From Candidatus Dormiibacterota bacterium (GTDB taxonomy: Bacteria > Chloroflexota > Dormibacteria > Aeolococcales > Bog-877), in NCBI GenBank assembly GCA_030038765.1, contig JASHRA010000239.1, forward strand, positions 1 to 33,419: DNA of 33,419 bases, written 5' to 3'. Shown one piece after another: positions 30,430 to 33,419 of this stretch (the stretch's first letter is position 1; each line of letters begins with the position of its first letter). Both the position numbers and the translations under genes were made by a program. The notes under the pieces are model-generated. The model saw only the letters and a list, made by a program, of their open reading frames with translations. It did not search any database and was not told where the DNA came from.

Positions 30430-31382
30430 GGCTGGAGCAGGCTCCGCAGCAGGGCCATCCGCACCGCCACCCCGTTGCGCGCCTGGCGGAAGTAGGCGGC
30501 CCTGGGGTCCTGGTCCACCTCGGGGTCGATCTCGCCGACCCGGGGCAGGGGGTGCATCAGGATGGCGCCCTCGGGCATGCGCTCCATCACCCGGCGATCC
30601 ACCCGGAAGCGCTCCAGCCCGGTGCGGCCGGGGTCCAGGGGCTGGCTGAGGCGCTCCACCTGGAGCCGGGTCTGGTAGACGACGTCTGCGTCCGAGACCG
30701 CCGCCAGGAGGTCGTCGGTCTCGTCCACCCGGGCCCCGTGGCGGAGCAGGTGCTGGATCAGGCCCGGGCTCATCCCGATCGGCTCCGGGGCCACCAGGGT
30801 GACCCGCAGGCCGGGGTAGAGGGCGAGCAGGTAGGCGAGGGAGTGGACGGTGCGGCCGTGGGCCAGGTCGCCCACCATGACCACGTGGAGGTGGTCGAGC
30901 CGGCCCAGCTCCTGGCGGATGGTGAAGACGTCCAGCAGGGCCTGGGTGGGGTGCTGGCCGGGTCCGTCGCCGGCGTTGATGACGGGCACCGGCGAGACCG
31001 CCGCCGCCCGCGCTGCGGCCCCCTCCTCGTGGTGGCGCAGGACGATGCAGTCGGAGTAGCCGGCCACGATCCGGACCGTGTCCTCCAGCGTCTCGCCCTT
31101 GATCGCCGAGGAGAAGTCCTTGGCGTTCTCCGTGCTCAGCACCTGGCCGCCCAGGCGCAGCATGGCGGCCTCGAAGCTGAGCCGGGTGCGGGTGCTGGGC
31201 TCGTAGAAGAGGGTGGCCATGATGCGCCCCGGCAGCAGCTGGTGACCGCCCTCCAGGCGCACCCGCTCCATCTCCTCCGAGAGCCGGAAGAGGGAGGCGA
31301 GCCGCTGCCGGTCGAACTGCTGCGCCGCGACCACGTGTTGCAGGCTGGCGGTACCGCTGGCCCGGGTCGGGCTCGCCGTCAC
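30426..31382 (-). CDS. pyrB: Aspartate carbamoyltransferase catalytic subunit
   Basis: 318 aa with FYEPSTRTRLSFE, SS..KGE, HPTQALLD, GDL.HGRTVHS and HPLPRV. The GTG at 31382 is preceded by GAGAGGAG. Confidence 0.95.
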   Translation of the reverse strand: MTASPTRASGTASLQHVVAAQQFDRQRLASLFRLSEEMERVRLEGGHQLLPGRIMATLFYEPSTRTRLSFEAAMLRLGGQVLSTENAKDFSSAIKGETLEDTVRIVAGYSDCIVLRHHEEGAAARAAAVSPVPVINAGDGPGQHPTQALLDVFTIRQELGRLDHLHVVMVGDLAHGRTVHSLAYLLALYPGLRVTLVAPEPIGMSPGLIQHLLRHGARVDETDDLLAAVSDADVVYQTRLQVERLSQPLDPGRTGLERFRVDRRVMERMPEGAILMHPLPRVGEIDPEVDQDPRAAYFRQARNGVAVRMALLRSLLQP

Positions 31383-31470
31383 GGCTGCTCCTCTCGCGGG
31401 ACCCGTGGGCGGCAGGCGGCCGCAGCGGCCCGGCCGCTGTGCCCCTTACCGGCCTCGCGGGACCGGCTTC
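31383..31470 (-). promoter_or_regulatory. pyrB leader with two PyrR-binding-loop-like repeats flanking a GC palindrome
   Basis: The - strand reads GCCGGUCCCGCGAGGCCGGU ... CAGCGGCCGGGCCGCUG ... GGGUCCCGCGAGAGGAGCAGCC-GUG. The 11-mer GGTCCCGCGAG occurs twice (plus-strand CTCGCGGGACC at 31393-31403 and 31454-31464). Copy 2 abuts the pyrB SD. See findings. Confidence 0.45.
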
Positions 31471-31494
31471 AAGTGGCTTCCGGGGGAGTATAGC

Positions 31495-31530
31495 GGCGTC
31501 CCCGGGGGATACCGTGACCCCGGGGACGCC
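31495..31530 (-). terminator. Perfect 13-bp GC hairpin downstream of the small ORF (I-shaped terminator candidate)
   Basis: GGCGTCCCCGGGG (31495-31507) pairs with CCCCGGGGACGCC (31518-31530) around a 10-nt loop. It sits 26 nt after the stop of the 55-aa ORF and has no U-tract. Confidence 0.5.
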
Positions 31531-31555
31531 TTGGGCGCGACCGAACCCGGGCCGA

Positions 31556-31723
31556 TCAGGCCTGGGTCGGTTGCTCTTCTCGGATGACCGCCTTGCGGAT
31601 GTTCTCCGCGGCCTGCTCCATGTTCAGACCGTGGTTCTCACCGGCGGCCCTTATGTCATCGAGGGTGATGTCACCCTTCTGATGGCGCTCGTTCGGCGCG
31701 TCGCAACCGCAGCTGGCGCACAT
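31556..31723 (-). CDS. Small Cys-rich protein, 55 aa (below the ORF-track length cut-off)
   Basis: ATG (complement of cat 31721-31723) lies 7 nt after GGAGGG (31731-31736). Translation is MCASCGCDAPNERHQKGDITLDDIRAAGENHGLNMEQAAENIRKAVIREEQPTQA, with stop at 31556-31558. The composition is balanced and not shadow-like, and a strong hairpin follows. Confidence 0.6.
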   Translation of the reverse strand: MCASCGCDAPNERHQKGDITLDDIRAAGENHGLNMEQAAENIRKAVIREEQPTQA

Positions 31724-31844
31724 GGCGAAACCCTCCGAGATCGGCCCTGGGAGCTCGGCTCCCTCTCCACTCGGGCCGTCTAACGCGGGACCGAGGGGCT
31801 GGTTTCGCGGCCCGTGCGCCTCGCCGCCGGCTCCGACGTCTGCT

Positions 31845-32936
31845 CTAGACGCCCGCCCCGTCCGCCTGGGCCAGCTCCAGGTAGGCGGACCGCTCCTCGG
31901 CGGTCAGCGGCGAGCGGCCGGCGGAGACGATCTTCACCCGGAGCAGCAGGTCGCCGGGCCGGGCCGAGCTCTTGAGCGCCGGGATCCCCTTGCCCGGCAC
32001 GCGCAGCACCCGGCCCGGGGGGCAGTGCTCGGGGATGGTGACCTCGAAGCGCCCGGTGGGCCCGTTGGCCACCACCTTGCCCCCCAGGGCGGCCCGGTAG
32101 TCGCGCACCGGCAGGTCCTGGTAGACGTCGCGCCCCTTGACCTCGATGCCGGCCTCGGGGGCGAGGCGCACCACCAGGTAGAGGTCGCCGCTGCTGCCCC
32201 CCCTGGTGCCGCTGGCGCCCTCGCCGGCGACCCGGATCCGGGAGCCGTCGGCAACCCCCCTCGGGATGCTGACCTTGATGGTGTGGCGCCGGTACTGGCG
32301 CCCGCTGCCCTGGCAGGTGGGGCAGGTCTTGAGCGCGACCTGGACCGCCGTCCCGCCGCCCCCCGACTGCTCCGGCACCTGGCCGCTGCCCTGGCAGGTG
32401 GGGCAGGGCTCGACCAGGGAGATCTGCATGGTGCGCTCGCCGCCGGCCACGGCCTCGGCCAGGCTCACCTCCAGCGGCTGCTCGGTGTCGGCGCCGGGCC
32501 GGGGCGCGGACTGCTCGCGGCGGATCTGCTCCAGCTGGGCCTCGACCCAGGGATCGCCCTCGCCGCTGCCGTGGGTGCCGAAGAAGGTCTCGAAGAAGTC
32601 GCTGAATCCGCTGAAGCGGCTGCCGGCGCGCTGGGCCGTCTCCCGGGCCCGCTGGGCGGCGCCGGAGAAGGGCGGCTGACCGTGCTGGCGGCGGTACGCC
32701 TCGGCCTGCTCCACCCGCTCCCAGTCCGCTCCCAGGCGGTCGTACTTGGAGCGCTTCTTGGGGTCCTTGAGCACCTCGTAGGCCTCGTTGACGCGCTTGA
32801 AGCGCTCGGTCGCCTTGGGGTCCTTGTTGACGTCGGGGTGGAGCTCCCGGGCCAGCTTGCGATAGGCGGCCTTGATCTCCTTGTCGCTGGCGCCGCGGGG
32901 CACTCCCAGGGTGGCGTAGTAGTCGCGGAACTCCAT
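31845..32936 (-). CDS. dnaJ: DnaJ-class molecular chaperone (J domain, G/F-like region, single zinc centre, C-terminal substrate-binding domain)
   Basis: 363 aa. The J domain reads [35 protein letters not shown]...[15 protein letters not shown], followed by [13 protein letters not shown]. There are only two CxxCxGxG motifs (CPTCQGSG twice). Confidence 0.9.
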   Translation of the reverse strand: MEFRDYYATLGVPRGASDKEIKAAYRKLARELHPDVNKDPKATERFKRVNEAYEVLKDPKKRSKYDRLGADWERVEQAEAYRRQHGQPPFSGAAQRARETAQRAGSRFSGFSDFFETFFGTHGSGEGDPWVEAQLEQIRREQSAPRPGADTEQPLEVSLAEAVAGGERTMQISLVEPCPTCQGSGQVPEQSGGGGTAVQVALKTCPTCQGSGRQYRRHTIKVSIPRGVADGSRIRVAGEGASGTRGGSSGDLYLVVRLAPEAGIEVKGRDVYQDLPVRDYRAALGGKVVANGPTGRFEVTIPEHCPPGRVLRVPGKGIPALKSSARPGDLLLRVKIVSAGRSPLTAEERSAYLELAQADGAGV

Positions 32937-33074
32937 CAGACGCTCGCCCGGGAGGCCTCCGACCCGAGCCGGGACGGGACGGCGGGAGCTGCTCTCATGC
33001 GGCTGAGCATACCCAGGGGGGCTCCAATTCGACGGCCCCGGGGAGGGCCGGCGGGAGGGCGCCTCCGGGCCGGG

Positions 33075-33419
33075 TCAGCCCCGCCGGCGCAGGTAGCCCC
33101 CGGGGTTGAAGGTGAGCAGGAGCTTCTCCCGGCGTCGATCGCGGCTGAAGCCGGGGTTGCTGGCGAGGAACTCCGCGACCGCCTCTGCCGGCCCGGGGCC
33201 GAAGTCCGGGCGCACCGGGTTCCCGTTGACGTTGGTGTCCTCGACGATGAGGTAGCTGCCGGGGGAGACGAGGGGCGCGTAGCAGCTGAGCTCGCGGGCC
33301 ACGTGCTGGCGCGAGTGGTCCGAGTCCAGGATCACGAGGCAGGTGCCGGCGTCCCGCGCCGCCCGGCTCACCTCCTCCACCACGGCGTCGGCCACCGAGG
33401 AGCCCTGGAGGTAGCGGAT
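33075..33419 (-). CDS. CmcI/cephalosporin-hydroxylase-family SAM-dependent methyltransferase, C-terminal part (the gene continues beyond the right edge)
   Basis: The frame is open to the window edge (IRYLQGSSVADAVVEEV...LVILDSDHSRQHVARELSCYAPLVSPGSYLIVEDT...). The GSS...ILDSDH...YxxLVxxGxYxIVEDT pattern is typical of the CmcI family. The 'M' at 33395 in the track is an internal GTG. Confidence 0.75.
   Translation of the reverse strand: MRYLQGSSVADAVVEEVSRAARDAGTCLVILDSDHSRQHVARELSCYAPLVSPGSYLIVEDTNVNGNPVRPDFGPGPAEAVAEFLASNPGFSRDRRREKLLLTFNPGGYLRRRG

Noticed and set aside
32937-33074. Search for a heat-shock operator (CIRCE TTAGCACTC-N9-GAGTGCTAA or HAIR CTTGAGT-N7-ACTCAAG) upstream of dnaJ
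   Set aside because: Only an imperfect dyad (TGCTCA-N6-TGAGAGCA on the - strand) is present. It matches neither consensus.

Overview
High-GC (by eye about 70% or more) bacterial chromosomal window. It looks like an actinobacterium-type high-GC Gram-positive: a SARP/AfsR-type regulator, an ECF42-like sigma with a DGPF partner, GGAGG-type RBSs and many GTG starts. I support 28 protein-coding calls plus one decayed paralog. From left to right:
- The 5' part of an alpha-galactosidase-like gene (-).
- A tandem array of three paralogous 'sensor-module' membrane proteins with no kinase domain (+); the third copy is decayed.
- A five-gene partner-switching operon on the - strand with no sigma factor: GAF-PP2C phosphatase, RsbW-like kinase, two STAS antagonists and a DUF1990-like protein.
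- A divergent SARP-STAND-TPR regulator.
- A lower-GC patch encoding a small secreted protein.
- A run of redox/detox-type genes: family III CoA-transferase, Xi-class GST (glutathionyl-hydroquinone reductase type), Kv-beta-like aldo-keto reductase, FAD/BBE-type oxidase, MBL hydrolase and MFS transporter.
- An ArsR-SRPBCC fusion, divergent from a double-DGPF protein plus an ECF sigma with a long C-terminal extension.
- A roughly 560-bp unexplained non-coding gap containing two palindromic repeats.
- A tightly coupled pyrimidine operon on the - strand (pyrB-pyrR-pyrC-carAB-pyrK-pyrD), in which carA and carB form one continuous 1483-codon frame.
- Upstream of that operon: a leader with PyrR-site-like repeats, a 55-aa Cys-rich small ORF missing from the ORF track, a DnaJ-class chaperone and the 3' part of a CmcI-family methyltransferase.
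I recognised no rRNA, tRNA, CRISPR array, transposase or integrase. Most long ORFs in the six-frame track are R/P/G/A-rich shadow frames typical of high-GC DNA and were discarded. All family assignments come from motif recognition by eye, not from database searches.
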